DNA of 64,000 nucleotides, from positions 7,877 through 71,876 of the forward strand of contig JAUIEZ010000007.1 in the NCBI GenBank assembly GCA_030429665.1. The letters are read 5' to 3'. The translations under genes and the position numbers were made by a program. Under the pieces are notes generated by a model, which was not told the DNA's origin, made no database searches, and saw only the letters and a list, made by a program, of their open reading frames with translations. Shown here in pieces: positions 56,181 through 64,000 of the stretch. The DNA comes from Gammaproteobacteria bacterium. GTDB lineage: Bacteria; Pseudomonadota; Gammaproteobacteria; Arenicellales; CAJQKF01. The stretch's first letter is position 1; each line of letters begins with the position of its first letter.

Positions 56181-58121
56181 ATGCGTCCGTCCCGGCGAAA
56201 TAAAACCTTCCTCTCGCAATGGCTGTTGCTGGCGTCGGTGACCATGATCGCCGCGTGCAACATCACGCCGCCGCCTCGTCAGCCGGCTTCGCGGCCCGTG
56301 GCAATCGAGCCGGCCACGCCGGCGACCGGAACCGCCACCGCCACGCCGTTGGAGCCCGATACCGCCGCGACATCGCCTTGGGACTATATCGCAATGGCGC
56401 GGCGGTCGAGCGGCGTCGAGCGGCAACGACACCTTCTCGACGCGATCGCCGGCTTCCTCGATCTCGGGCAGTCCGCGACGGCGCGCACACTCATCGAGCA
56501 GGTGCGCGCCGAGCCGCTGATGCCGGCGCTGCAGGCCCGCACCCAGGTCCTGCTCGCCAGGAGCTACTTCCAGGAACAACAGTATGAACGCGTAGAGGCG
56601 ACCCTTCAGCCGCTCGCCGGCAGCGCCGGACTCGATGCCGACAGCGCGGCGCAGGTCATGATGTTGCGCGCGCGCGCCATGGCGGCGCTTGGCCGGGTCG
56701 ATGCCGCGCTGCACCTGCTCACCGCCCGCGAGCCGCTGTTGCAGGCCGAGGCGGACGTCGCCGACAACCAGGACACGATCTGGCGCATGCTCGCGCAGCT
56801 CGATGCCGACCAGCTCACGGCGCTGCGCGCGGACGCCGCGCGCCAGACGCTCGCGCAGTGGGCAGACCTGGCGCTGTTGAGCCAGCGCTTCGGCTGGAAT
56901 CCCCACGAGCTTCGCCAGCAACTCGAGCGCTGGCGCTCGTTGTACCCCTCGCACCCGGCATCCCGGGTGCTGATTCCCGACACGCTCGCCAAGCTGGGCA
57001 GCAACCTGACCGAGTACCGGAAGGTCGCCCTGTTGCTGCCCTTGACGTCGGGATTCGGCGCCGCCGCCCAGGCGGTCTACGACGGCTTCTCGATGATGTA
57101 CGAGGCGGACAGCAATCCGCGCAAGCCCGAGGTCACGCTCTACGATACCGGCGAGAACGCCGAGCTGGTCGGCTTCTATTACCAGGCCGCGGTGCGCGAC
57201 GGCGCGGAGCTGGTACTGGGTCCGCTTGGCAAGGTCGCCGTGGACGCACTGGTCGCGGGAACCGAGCTGACGGTGCCGACGCTGATGCTGGGCAATACCG
57301 ACAGTACGCTCGGCGGCCGCCGAAACGTATTCCAGTTCGGGCTCTCTCCCGAGGACGAGGCGCGGCAGGTGGCGCGCCGGGCCTTCGACGAGGGTCATCG
57401 CGTGGCCGCGGTGCTGTACCCGGAAACCGACTGGGGCGTTCGCCAACGCGCCGCGTTCACGACGCGCTGGGAGGCGCTCGGGGGCACGCTGGCGGAGTCC
57501 AGCGTCTACCAGGTTCAGGGCCAGGACCACTCACAGACAATCGAGCTGATGCTCAACCTCGACGAGAGCGAAACACGACACCGCGAACTGCAACGGCTGA
57601 TCGGCCACGATCTGGAGTTCGTCCCCAAGCGCCGCGAGGACCTCGACTTCATATTCATGATCGCGCGTTCCGACCAGGGTCGCCTGCTCAAGCCGCAGAT
57701 CAACTTCTACAAGGGACAGGATCTGCCGGTCTACGCCATTTCCCAGGTTTTCGGCGGCGGCGACGCGGTGAAGGACATCGACCTCGACGGCGTGATATTC
57801 GGCGACATGCCGTGGCTCCTGCAGGACTCGGGCGTCATCCAGTCGATTCGCGAGGACCTGCCGCAGGGCAACAAGTACCGCGACGACGCCCTCGACCGTC
57901 TGTTCGCGCTGGGTATCGACAGCTACCAGATGCTGTTTCGGCTGGAAGCGATGAAGACCAACCCGCAGCTCGAGTTCCACGGCACGACCGGCACGCTCAG
58001 CCTGGCCCCCGACGGCACGATCACTCGACGCCTCGACTGGGCCCGATTCGTCGACGGTCAACCGGAGCCGCTGGGCTGGGACGCGGCGCTGGCGAACAAT
58101 GCCGACGGCTCCCGGCCTTGA
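56181..58121 (+). CDS. lpoA: Penicillin-binding protein activator LpoA (YraM family lipoprotein)
   Basis: The start is ATG 56181. The lipobox is MIAAC. An N-terminal TPR-like part is followed by a C-terminal periplasmic-binding-fold part. The rsmI/lpoA-yraN-diaA-dolP order is conserved. Confidence 0.8.
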   Translation: MRPSRRNKTFLSQWLLLASVTMIAACNITPPPRQPASRPVAIEPATPATGTATATPLEPDTAATSPWDYIAMARRSSGVERQRHLLDAIAGFLDLGQSATARTLIEQVRAEPLMPALQARTQVLLARSYFQEQQYERVEATLQPLAGSAGLDADSAAQVMMLRARAMAALGRVDAALHLLTAREPLLQAEADVADNQDTIWRMLAQLDADQLTALRADAARQTLAQWADLALLSQRFGWNPHELRQQLERWRSLYPSHPASRVLIPDTLAKLGSNLTEYRKVALLLPLTSGFGAAAQAVYDGFSMMYEADSNPRKPEVTLYDTGENAELVGFYYQAAVRDGAELVLGPLGKVAVDALVAGTELTVPTLMLGNTDSTLGGRRNVFQFGLSPEDEARQVARRAFDEGHRVAAVLYPETDWGVRQRAAFTTRWEALGGTLAESSVYQVQGQDHSQTIELMLNLDESETRHRELQRLIGHDLEFVPKRREDLDFIFMIARSDQGRLLKPQINFYKGQDLPVYAISQVFGGGDAVKDIDLDGVIFGDMPWLLQDSGVIQSIREDLPQGNKYRDDALDRLFALGIDSYQMLFRLEAMKTNPQLEFHGTTGTLSLAPDGTITRRLDWARFVDGQPEPLGWDAALANNADGSRP

Positions 58122-58480
58122 TCGCGCGCCACCTCGCCGACGGCGCTTGGGCCGAGCGCCACGCGCTGCAACACCTGAAGCGGCGCGGCATGAAGCTGGT
58201 GGAGTGCAATTTCACGTCGCGATACGGCGAGATCGACCTCGTCATGCGGGACGACGCGGTACTGGTATTCGTCGAGGTGCGCATGCGCAAGAGCGCCAGC
58301 CACGGCCACCCCGCGGAGACCATCACGGCGGCCAAGCGGCAACGCCTGGTGCGCACCGCGCAGCACTACCTGCAACGCCGGGCGGGCAGCGCGATGCCGG
58401 ATTGCCGATTCGACGTCGTCGCGATCACCGGCGACCGGCAACAGCCCACCACCGAGTGGTTCCGCAACGTTTTCACGTAA
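58118..58480 (+). CDS. yraN: YraN family (UPF0102) endonuclease-like protein
   Basis: The motif GEIDLVMRD..LVFVEVRMR is present. The TTG start at 58118 overlaps the lpoA stop (TTGA). Length is 120 aa. Confidence 0.78.
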   Translation: MIARHLADGAWAERHALQHLKRRGMKLVECNFTSRYGEIDLVMRDDAVLVFVEVRMRKSASHGHPAETITAAKRQRLVRTAQHYLQRRAGSAMPDCRFDVVAITGDRQQPTTEWFRNVFT

Positions 58481-58528
58481 CGATCGTCCCCGCGCACGGG
58501 GACGTGCAACGAGAGTCATCGCGCATTC

Positions 58529-59140
58529 ATGGATCCGGTTAACTACATTCGCCAGCATACCGAGCGCTCGCTGGCCGCGGTGTCGCGAGCGATCGAGAGC
58601 CTGGACGAGGACATCGCGCGCGGCGCGCGCATGATGATCGACTGCCTCGAACGAGAAGGACGTATTCTGGTCTGCGGCAACGGCGGCTCGGCCGCCGATG
58701 CCCTGCATTTTTCCGCCGAACTGCTCAACCGGTATCGAGACGATCGCCGTCCCCTGCCGTGCATCGCCCTCAATGCCGACGTCGCCACGCTGACCGCCAT
58801 CGCCAACGACTACCACTACGACCAGGTGTTCGCCAAGCAGGTCGTCGCGTTGGCTCGACCCGGCGACATATTGCTGGCCATTACCACCTCGGGCAACTCC
58901 GGCAACGTCGTCTCCGCAATCGATGCCGCGCGGGCGCGCGAGGCAACCACCGTGCTGCTCACCGGCCGCGGCGGCGGCGAATGCGCCAGCCGTTGCGGCG
59001 CGAACGACCTCGTGCTGTGCGTACCGAACGACACCACCGCACACATCCAGGAGGCTCATGGCCTGATCATTCACTGCCTGTGCGCGCTGATCGAGCAGCG
59101 CTTTCTCGCAGGCACCGCGGACCAACCCGTCACCGTTTGA
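58529..59140 (+). CDS. diaA: SIS-domain protein, DnaA initiator-associating DiaA / phosphoheptose isomerase-like
   Basis: Motifs ILVCGNGGSAADALHFSAEL and AITTSGNSGNV are present. The gene order suggests DiaA rather than GmhA, but the two cannot be separated by eye. Confidence 0.75.
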   Translation: MDPVNYIRQHTERSLAAVSRAIESLDEDIARGARMMIDCLEREGRILVCGNGGSAADALHFSAELLNRYRDDRRPLPCIALNADVATLTAIANDYHYDQVFAKQVVALARPGDILLAITTSGNSGNVVSAIDAARAREATTVLLTGRGGGECASRCGANDLVLCVPNDTTAHIQEAHGLIIHCLCALIEQRFLAGTADQPVTV

Positions 59141-59152
59141 AGGAGAAAACGC

Positions 59153-59758
59153 ATGACCGAAAAATTTCGCCCGATCCACGCCGAATGCCTTCGCGCGGTG
59201 CTGCTATGCGCACTCGCGGGCCTTTACCTCGCGGCCTGCGCGGCGGCGGCGGTGGGCACCGTCGTGGTCACCTCCGTGGACATCGCCCGCGACCGCCGCA
59301 CCGTGGGCACCTACGTCGACGACAATGCGGTGGAATGGAAGATCCGCCGCGCGCTGCAAAACGATACCCAGATCGGCGGCGGAACCGATATCAGCGTCAC
59401 CTCCTGGAACGGCGTCGTGTTGCTCACTGGCGAGGTGGCGGCCAACGAACAGGGCCGGCGCGCGGTTGGCATTGCACGCGGTTACACCGAGGCCAGGCAA
59501 GTCATCAACCAACTCGTCGTCGCGCCGACGTCGCGCTTCACCGAACGCAGCCACGACGCCTGGTTGACGACCAAGGCGAAATCGGCGCTGCTTGCCGCGC
59601 GCGACGTCAGCGCCGGGCGCATCAAGGTGGTCACCGACCGGGCGACCATATACCTGATGGGCATGGTGACGCGCGCCGAGGCCGACGCGGCGGTGGCGGC
59701 GACGCGACAGCTGCGCGGCGTGCAGCGTATCGTCAAGGTGTTCGAGTACATCCAGTGA
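59153..59758 (+). CDS. dolP: Dual-BON-domain outer-membrane lipoprotein DolP (YraP)
   Basis: The lipobox-like sequence is LAAC. It has two BON domains (..VTSWNGVVLLTGEV.., ..VVTDRATIYLMGMV..). Confidence 0.8.
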   Translation: MTEKFRPIHAECLRAVLLCALAGLYLAACAAAAVGTVVVTSVDIARDRRTVGTYVDDNAVEWKIRRALQNDTQIGGGTDISVTSWNGVVLLTGEVAANEQGRRAVGIARGYTEARQVINQLVVAPTSRFTERSHDAWLTTKAKSALLAARDVSAGRIKVVTDRATIYLMGMVTRAEADAAVAATRQLRGVQRIVKVFEYIQ

Positions 59759-59789
59759 TCCGCCTTTCCGACACCTCGGTTTCGCGCGC

Positions 59790-60290
59790 ATGCTGAGATA
59801 CGAATCCAAGATCCACGAGTCACTCGATGCGCTGGCGCCGAGAATCGATTCGCTGCCGAGGCCGCTGGTGTTCACCAACGGCTGCTTCGACCTCTTGCAC
59901 CCGGGGCACGTCGACTACCTCGAACAGGCGGCGACATTCGGCGAAACGCTGGTGATAGGCGTCAACAGCGACCGTTCGATACGCAATCTCGGCAAGGGCG
60001 ACGACCGTCCCTACAACAACCAGCTCGACCGCATGCTGGTCGTGGCCGGCCTGGCTGCCGTCGACATCGTGGTCGGCTTCGACGACGAGACGCCCATCGA
60101 GCTGATCCGTGCCATCCGACCCGACTTCCTCGTCAAGGGCGGCGACTGGCCCGAGGCACAGATCGTCGGCGCCGACTGGGTGCGCGAACACGGCGGCTCG
60201 GTGAAGTCGGTCCCCATTCGCTACCAGCGATCGACGACCGCGCTGGCCAACCGGATCAAGGCCTTTCACAACCTGTTCGACGTACCATGA
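59790..60290 (+). CDS. hldC: D-glycero-beta-D-manno-heptose-1-phosphate adenylyltransferase (stand-alone RfaE domain II)
   Basis: The cytidylyltransferase motif FTNGCFDLLHPGHVDYL is present. Length is 166 aa, with no kinase domain attached. Confidence 0.85.
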   Translation: MLRYESKIHESLDALAPRIDSLPRPLVFTNGCFDLLHPGHVDYLEQAATFGETLVIGVNSDRSIRNLGKGDDRPYNNQLDRMLVVAGLAAVDIVVGFDDETPIELIRAIRPDFLVKGGDWPEAQIVGADWVREHGGSVKSVPIRYQRSTTALANRIKAFHNLFDVP

Positions 60291-60844
60291 CCCGCCGCGC
60301 GATACAGGGCATGGCATGGCTGCTGGCGGCCGCGTTCCTGGCGGCAACACAAGGCCCGGCGGCGGCACAGGACGGGAGCGACGGGGAACGAGAGGGAAAC
60401 GAACCGACGAAACCGGCCGAACGCATTTTTCGTTATCTCGACGACGCGGTCTTCCTCGTGCCGGGCCGGGGACTCGGCCGGGTGACCCTGGGTATCCCGC
60501 TGGCCAGCGTGGTCCAGGCGCTGGGCGCGCCGAGCCGCAGCGACCGCAGCGGCTTTTTCAACCCGACGACGACGCTGCTCTACGAGGCCGGCATCGACGC
60601 GTGGCTGCTGATAAGCGGCGACGAAACGGTGGAGCGGATCGGACTCGAGGGCCGCAGCGGCATCGCCACCGCGGAAGGCGTGCGCTACGGCATGCCGGGA
60701 CACCAGGTGAGTATGATCTACGGCGAGCCGGTCATCACCGAGGAGGGCGAACTACGCTACCCCGAACGCGGGGTCGCCTTCACGCTGCGTTCGGGGACGG
60801 TGTTCCAGATCGAGGTGTTCACGCCCGAAGCGCGAGCCGAGTAG
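60287..60844 (+). CDS. Secreted hypothetical protein
   Basis: An ATGA overlap joins it to the hldC stop. The signal peptide is MTRRAIQGMAWLLAAAFLAATQGPAAA/QD. I recognised no domain. Confidence 0.6.
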   Translation: MTRRAIQGMAWLLAAAFLAATQGPAAAQDGSDGEREGNEPTKPAERIFRYLDDAVFLVPGRGLGRVTLGIPLASVVQALGAPSRSDRSGFFNPTTTLLYEAGIDAWLLISGDETVERIGLEGRSGIATAEGVRYGMPGHQVSMIYGEPVITEEGELRYPERGVAFTLRSGTVFQIEVFTPEARAE

Positions 60845-60867
60845 CATGCCCCGAACCCGGTGGTTCG

Positions 60868-61404
60868 TTACACCACCCGCGTTTCGCGCATCAGCATGTA
60901 GTCCGGCGACAACTCCGCCACCAGCGGTTCGAGTTCCGCCAGCGCACGTTGGTAAACGTGGCGCTTGAACTCGACGATGCGGTCCACCGGGTCCCAGTAA
61001 TCGACCCATCGCCAGCGATCGAACTCGGGTCTGGATACCGCGTCGAGGCGCACGTCGGAATCGGCGCCGGTGAGCTGGAACAAGAACCACAATTGCTTTT
61101 GGCCGCGAAAGTGGCCGCGACGCGCAGACAGGTGAAATCGCGGCACGTCGTACTTGAGCCATGACTGGGTTCGACCCACGAGGCGAACGTGCTCGCGCCT
61201 CAGGCCGACCTCCTCGTAGAGCTCGCGAAAGGCGGCGTCCTCGGCGGTTTCGTCCTTTTCCACCCCGCCTTGGGGGAATTGCCAACCGTCGCGACTCGAG
61301 CGGCGCGCCCAGAGCACCTTGCCCTTGATGTTGCAGACGACGATGGCAACGTTGGGACGATAACCTTCCGAATCTAGCTTGCCGGAAACGGAGGAACCAT
61401 GCAT
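60868..61404 (-). CDS. rppH: RNA pyrophosphohydrolase
   Basis: The Nudix box is GGVEKDETAEDAAFRELYEEVGL. By eye it is collinear with E. coli RppH (GYRPNV, WQFPQGG, GQKQxWFLxQL, FDxWRWV). Confidence 0.88.
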   Translation of the reverse strand: MHGSSVSGKLDSEGYRPNVAIVVCNIKGKVLWARRSSRDGWQFPQGGVEKDETAEDAAFRELYEEVGLRREHVRLVGRTQSWLKYDVPRFHLSARRGHFRGQKQLWFLFQLTGADSDVRLDAVSRPEFDRWRWVDYWDPVDRIVEFKRHVYQRALAELEPLVAELSPDYMLMRETRVV

Positions 61405-61513
61405 GACGTTGAAATAAAAGTGTAAAGATCCTCTCGTATTTTTCCACGATCCCGCCGCTTTGGCAAACACCGGCCGGGCTCGAGCGCGAAGACGCACGGG
61501 GGCCGTCGACCCG

Positions 61514-61891
61514 TCAGTCCTTCCCACCACCCTCGTCGACGCGGGTGTCGCGCCATTGCCGGTAGTGGCGCGAAAACAGTGCCTCGAGCTCGTCAATGAC
61601 CTCCCGCGCGGTGCGCCCGCCGAGGACGTGCTGGGACATCAGGTCGGAGGCCCGGTGCAGCAACTCGTCGGCGTCGAGCATCGGGTATGTGCGCGACAGG
61701 CGCCGCATGGCCTCGATCACGGACTCCGATTCCGGTCGCGGGATCGACGCGGGCTCGGCGGTCGATGACGCATTGGACGCGGGGTGACGCCGCACGAGGA
61801 AAGCGGCGAACTCTAGCAGCATCTCCCGCCCGCGATCGTCGAGGGCGTCGAACGCCTCGAGCAGTTTCCGGCGTTCGCGCGTGGACATCAA
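61514..61891 (-). CDS. Hypothetical protein (125 aa, helical, no recognised domain)
   Basis: The ORF fills the gap between the LysR gene and rppH on the same strand. The sequence is not Arg/Gly-rich shadow-like (MMSTRERRKLLEAFDALDDRGREMLLEFAAFL..). Confidence 0.5.
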   Translation of the reverse strand: MMSTRERRKLLEAFDALDDRGREMLLEFAAFLVRRHPASNASSTAEPASIPRPESESVIEAMRRLSRTYPMLDADELLHRASDLMSQHVLGGRTAREVIDELEALFSRHYRQWRDTRVDEGGGKD

Positions 61892-61952
61892 CGGCGCGCC
61901 GGGGCGACGTTCCGTGACAACGCGGGGGCGCGGCGCATCGGGGCACGGAACA

Positions 61953-62864
61953 TCAGGCGCCTTTCGGCATGCGCTTCTCGCAGTGTTCCTCGATGAAGGA
62001 CAGGAATTCCTCCATCGCGCGCATGCGGAATTTCTGTCGCTGGTAGACGATGGAGAAGGGCCGCTTGAGAGGCTTTTTCAGGCTGACCGCCTCGAGCGTT
62101 CCGAGCTTGAGTTCCTTGTCCAGCGTGGCGACCGACAGGATCGAGACACCCAGCCCCACGGCCACCGCATTCTTGATCGACTCGGGACCGCCGAATTCCA
62201 TGACAGAGTTGACCTGGCCGGGTTCGATCTTGTGCCTGGTCATGTATTCCTCGATCACCTCGCGCGTGCCCGATCCCTCCTCTCGACTGATGAACGGGTA
62301 CTTGAACACCTCCGCGATGTCCACCTTGCTCTTATTCGCCAGCGGATGATCCGGCGCCGCCACCGCCACCAGCTCGTCCTCCCAGCACACGCTGGTAACG
62401 AGGTTGCGGTTGCTCACCGGCCCCTCGACGATGCCGATGTCGATCTCGTTGTTCTCCACCATGTGAATAATGCCCACGGTATTGGCGATATGCAGTCTTA
62501 CCGCGACGTCCGGATAGCGGGCCTGGTATTCGCCGAGCAATGCCGGAGCGACGTACTCGCCGATGGTGGTGCTTGCGCCCAGGACCAGCGGACCGATCAC
62601 GTCGCCGGTCATTTTGCGCACTTCGTTGTCCATCTCGCTGTAAAGCGAAATGATTTGCTCTGCGTAGGTCTTGACCAGCTTGCCCGCCGCGGTCAGGCTG
62701 ATCCGGTTATGGGTGCGGTCGAAAAGCCGCGTGTTGAAGTAGTCCTCGAGCTGTCGAATCTGGAAGGTGACCGCCGGTTGGGTCATGTGCAACGCGTCGG
62801 CCGCCTTGGTGAAACTGAGCAGGCGCGCGACGGTGGAAAACACCTGGAGTCTTCTGTCCGCCAT
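61953..62864 (-). CDS. LysR family transcriptional regulator
   Basis: The HTH is FTKAADALHMTQPAVTFQIRQLE, followed by a LysR substrate-binding domain. Length is 303 aa. Confidence 0.9.
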   Translation of the reverse strand: MADRRLQVFSTVARLLSFTKAADALHMTQPAVTFQIRQLEDYFNTRLFDRTHNRISLTAAGKLVKTYAEQIISLYSEMDNEVRKMTGDVIGPLVLGASTTIGEYVAPALLGEYQARYPDVAVRLHIANTVGIIHMVENNEIDIGIVEGPVSNRNLVTSVCWEDELVAVAAPDHPLANKSKVDIAEVFKYPFISREEGSGTREVIEEYMTRHKIEPGQVNSVMEFGGPESIKNAVAVGLGVSILSVATLDKELKLGTLEAVSLKKPLKRPFSIVYQRQKFRMRAMEEFLSFIEEHCEKRMPKGA

Positions 62865-63003
62865 GACTGGTTTCCTGTGGTTGGCGTTATCTGGTTGGCT
62901 TTATTTATAGTTTATGCCGGTGCCGCGCGTCGAATTCATCGCGGGCGCCGCGCCTGTTCATCCCACCGGCGCGGGAATACGGTGGACTTGGGCGCGATCG
63001 CGC

Positions 63004-63022
63004 CCATAAGAGCATTTTATGG
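63004..63022. promoter_or_regulatory. Candidate LysR-type box (ccataa-N7-ttatgg, contains a T-N11-A core)
   Basis: The inverted repeat spans 63004-63009 and 63017-63022, about 140 bp upstream of the LysR start. It directly follows the 14-bp palindrome ggcgcgatcgcgcc (62990-63003). Confidence 0.3.
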
Positions 63023-63138
63023 CCAATGGGGTGGTGTTGGAAGCGCCACCCGGCGGGGAGCTATCTATCCACGATGGATCGACGAGCGTAGCGGTGCCCC
63101 GCGACGCCTGGTCGACGACGCGGGGCAGAACGACGGGA

Positions 63139-64000
63139 CTACCAGCTGTATTGACCTTTCAACAGCAGCTGGCTCATGCAGATTTCGACTGATTGCCCTG
63201 GCACGAACTGCGAAGGGCCACTGACGCATTCCTCCGGCGCGTAGGTGAACGACATGGAGAATGCGCGGTCGCCGTCGAGGCGGCGGGTAAACCCGACGCT
63301 GTAGTGGTCCTCGATAACGCCGGGTGCAATGATGTTCAGCGTAACGTCGGCCGGGTTGATAGGCTGGTCGCCATGGCTGACGCCGAAACGCCATGTCATG
63401 TCCTCGCTCGCCTGCCACTGGAAGCCGAGCTTGTAGACGGTCATGTCGTTCCACCCGAACCCGGCCCCGTTCGCGCCGCCCAGGCACTGCGAGCGGTCGC
63501 CGCCCAGGCAGGCGAACAGGTTGGCCGACGGGTTACCGATGGCGTCCGAGTCCTCGTAGAAAATTCGCTCGACGTCGAAGGTGATGGCCGAGCCGCCGTC
63601 GAGCCTGTGGGCGAGCCCCATGTTGGCGCGCGGCGGAATGTCGAGGTCGCCGCCGCCCGCGAACAGACCCGCGTAGTCGTCGAAGGTGTTGGAGATCTTC
63701 GACTGGTAGCCGACGGAAAGCGAGGTGTCGTCGGTCAGCTCGAACTGCGCGGACACGATCGCACCGAAGCCCGTGTCGTCATCCTTGCCGTTGTTCGACA
63801 ACCTCGACGGATCGGTGGAAAACGGCGCGAAGCCGGAGATGCCCTTCATTTCCAGGCGGGAATAGTTCACGATGCCGGCCACGCCGAGAGAGACCGCCGG
63901 CGAGACGCGCCGCGCCCAGGCGAAGTTCACGAAAAGCTGCTCGTAGTCGACGCCCGCGTCGCCCATGCCGAACGTACCGACCGCCATGGGTCCGGCCGGC
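63139..64000 (-). CDS. FadL/TodX-family outer-membrane hydrophobic-compound transporter; N-terminal part outside the window
   Basis: The sequence has a beta-barrel strand pattern and the family-typical segments (GFGWNDMTVYKLGFQW, VTLNIIAPGV, YSVGFT). The C-terminus ends in ..KGQYSW. The frame is open to the window edge. Confidence 0.85.
   Translation of the reverse strand, partial: PAGPMAVGTFGMGDAGVDYEQLFVNFAWARRVSPAVSLGVAGIVNYSRLEMKGISGFAPFSTDPSRLSNNGKDDDTGFGAIVSAQFELTDDTSLSVGYQSKISNTFDDYAGLFAGGGDLDIPPRANMGLAHRLDGGSAITFDVERIFYEDSDAIGNPSANLFACLGGDRSQCLGGANGAGFGWNDMTVYKLGFQWQASEDMTWRFGVSHGDQPINPADVTLNIIAPGVIEDHYSVGFTRRLDGDRAFSMSFTYAPEECVSGPSQFVPGQSVEICMSQLLLKGQYSW

Noticed and set aside
58099-58542. 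A 147-aa plus-strand ORF starting with ATG at 58099, considered as an alternative to the TTG-started yraN.
   Set aside because: It is in a different frame from the YraN homology (GEIDLVMRD..VFVEVRMR) and its translation is Arg/Pro-rich shadow sequence.
60852-60867. The cgaacc-cggt-ggttcg hairpin between the convergent hypothetical gene and rppH, considered as a terminator.
   Set aside because: The stem is only 6 bp and is followed by only two T residues, which is too weak to call.
1-64000. Search for CRISPR arrays, IS elements/transposases, integrases, prophage genes, toxin-antitoxin pairs, classic defence-system genes, and tRNA/rRNA genes.
   Set aside because: No regularly spaced repeats, terminal inverted repeats, recombinase/transposase motifs or tRNA-like cloverleaf candidates were noticed. 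Nearly all the sequence is accounted for by housekeeping or metabolic genes. Small ncRNAs cannot be excluded by eye.

Overview
High-GC (about 70% in coding lines I counted) gammaproteobacterial-type chromosomal core segment, densely packed with about 65 protein genes. I saw no rRNA, tRNA, CRISPR array, transposase or integrase. All product calls come from motif and family recognition by eye on the supplied ORF translations; no database search was run.

Recognisable blocks, in order:
- 5'-truncated double-ATPase ABC protein.
- H-NS-family gene sitting in a conspicuously AT-rich islet.
- Three C-N hydrolases: M20/ArgE-like, amidase-signature, and AstE/AspA-like.
- Orphan secreted protein of about 626 aa with a CARDB-like C-terminus.
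- LacI-controlled operon: CUT1-type ABC importer plus a malic-enzyme-family protein and a HisD-family dehydrogenase.
- Partial phenylacetate cluster (paaY / paaG-H-I-K).
- tcdA, a B12/radical-SAM (DUF4080-type) gene and gloB in one operon.
- ilvE, a zinc-finger gene, waaF, waaG-waaP fused in one frame, a second LPS kinase, and aroE.
- Putative arfA with an internal mRNA hairpin.
- hspQ, cobB, eamA and a signal-less binding protein in one operon.
- msrB and a GNAT gene.
- SHMT-like paralogue with a GlxA regulator and a patatin gene.
- pyrF, hemE and an SDR gene.
- Outer-membrane beta-barrel protein plus two PEGA-like lipoproteins.
- pilMNOPQ-aroK-aroB, divergent from mrcA.
- rsmI / lpoA-yraN-diaA-dolP-hldC.
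- rppH, a LysR regulator, and a 3'-partial FadL-family porin gene.

Most interesting points:
- The HisD-like/malic-enzyme-like/ABC/LacI operon is a candidate uncharacterised catabolic route.
- tcdA is translationally coupled to a B12-binding radical SAM gene.
- WaaG and WaaP form an in-frame fusion.
- The arfA-like ORF carries a 16-bp internal hairpin.
- PilQ has an extra Pro/Ala/Glu-rich linker of about 255 aa.

Many long ORFs in the track are antisense or shadow ORFs typical of high-GC DNA, and I rejected them.
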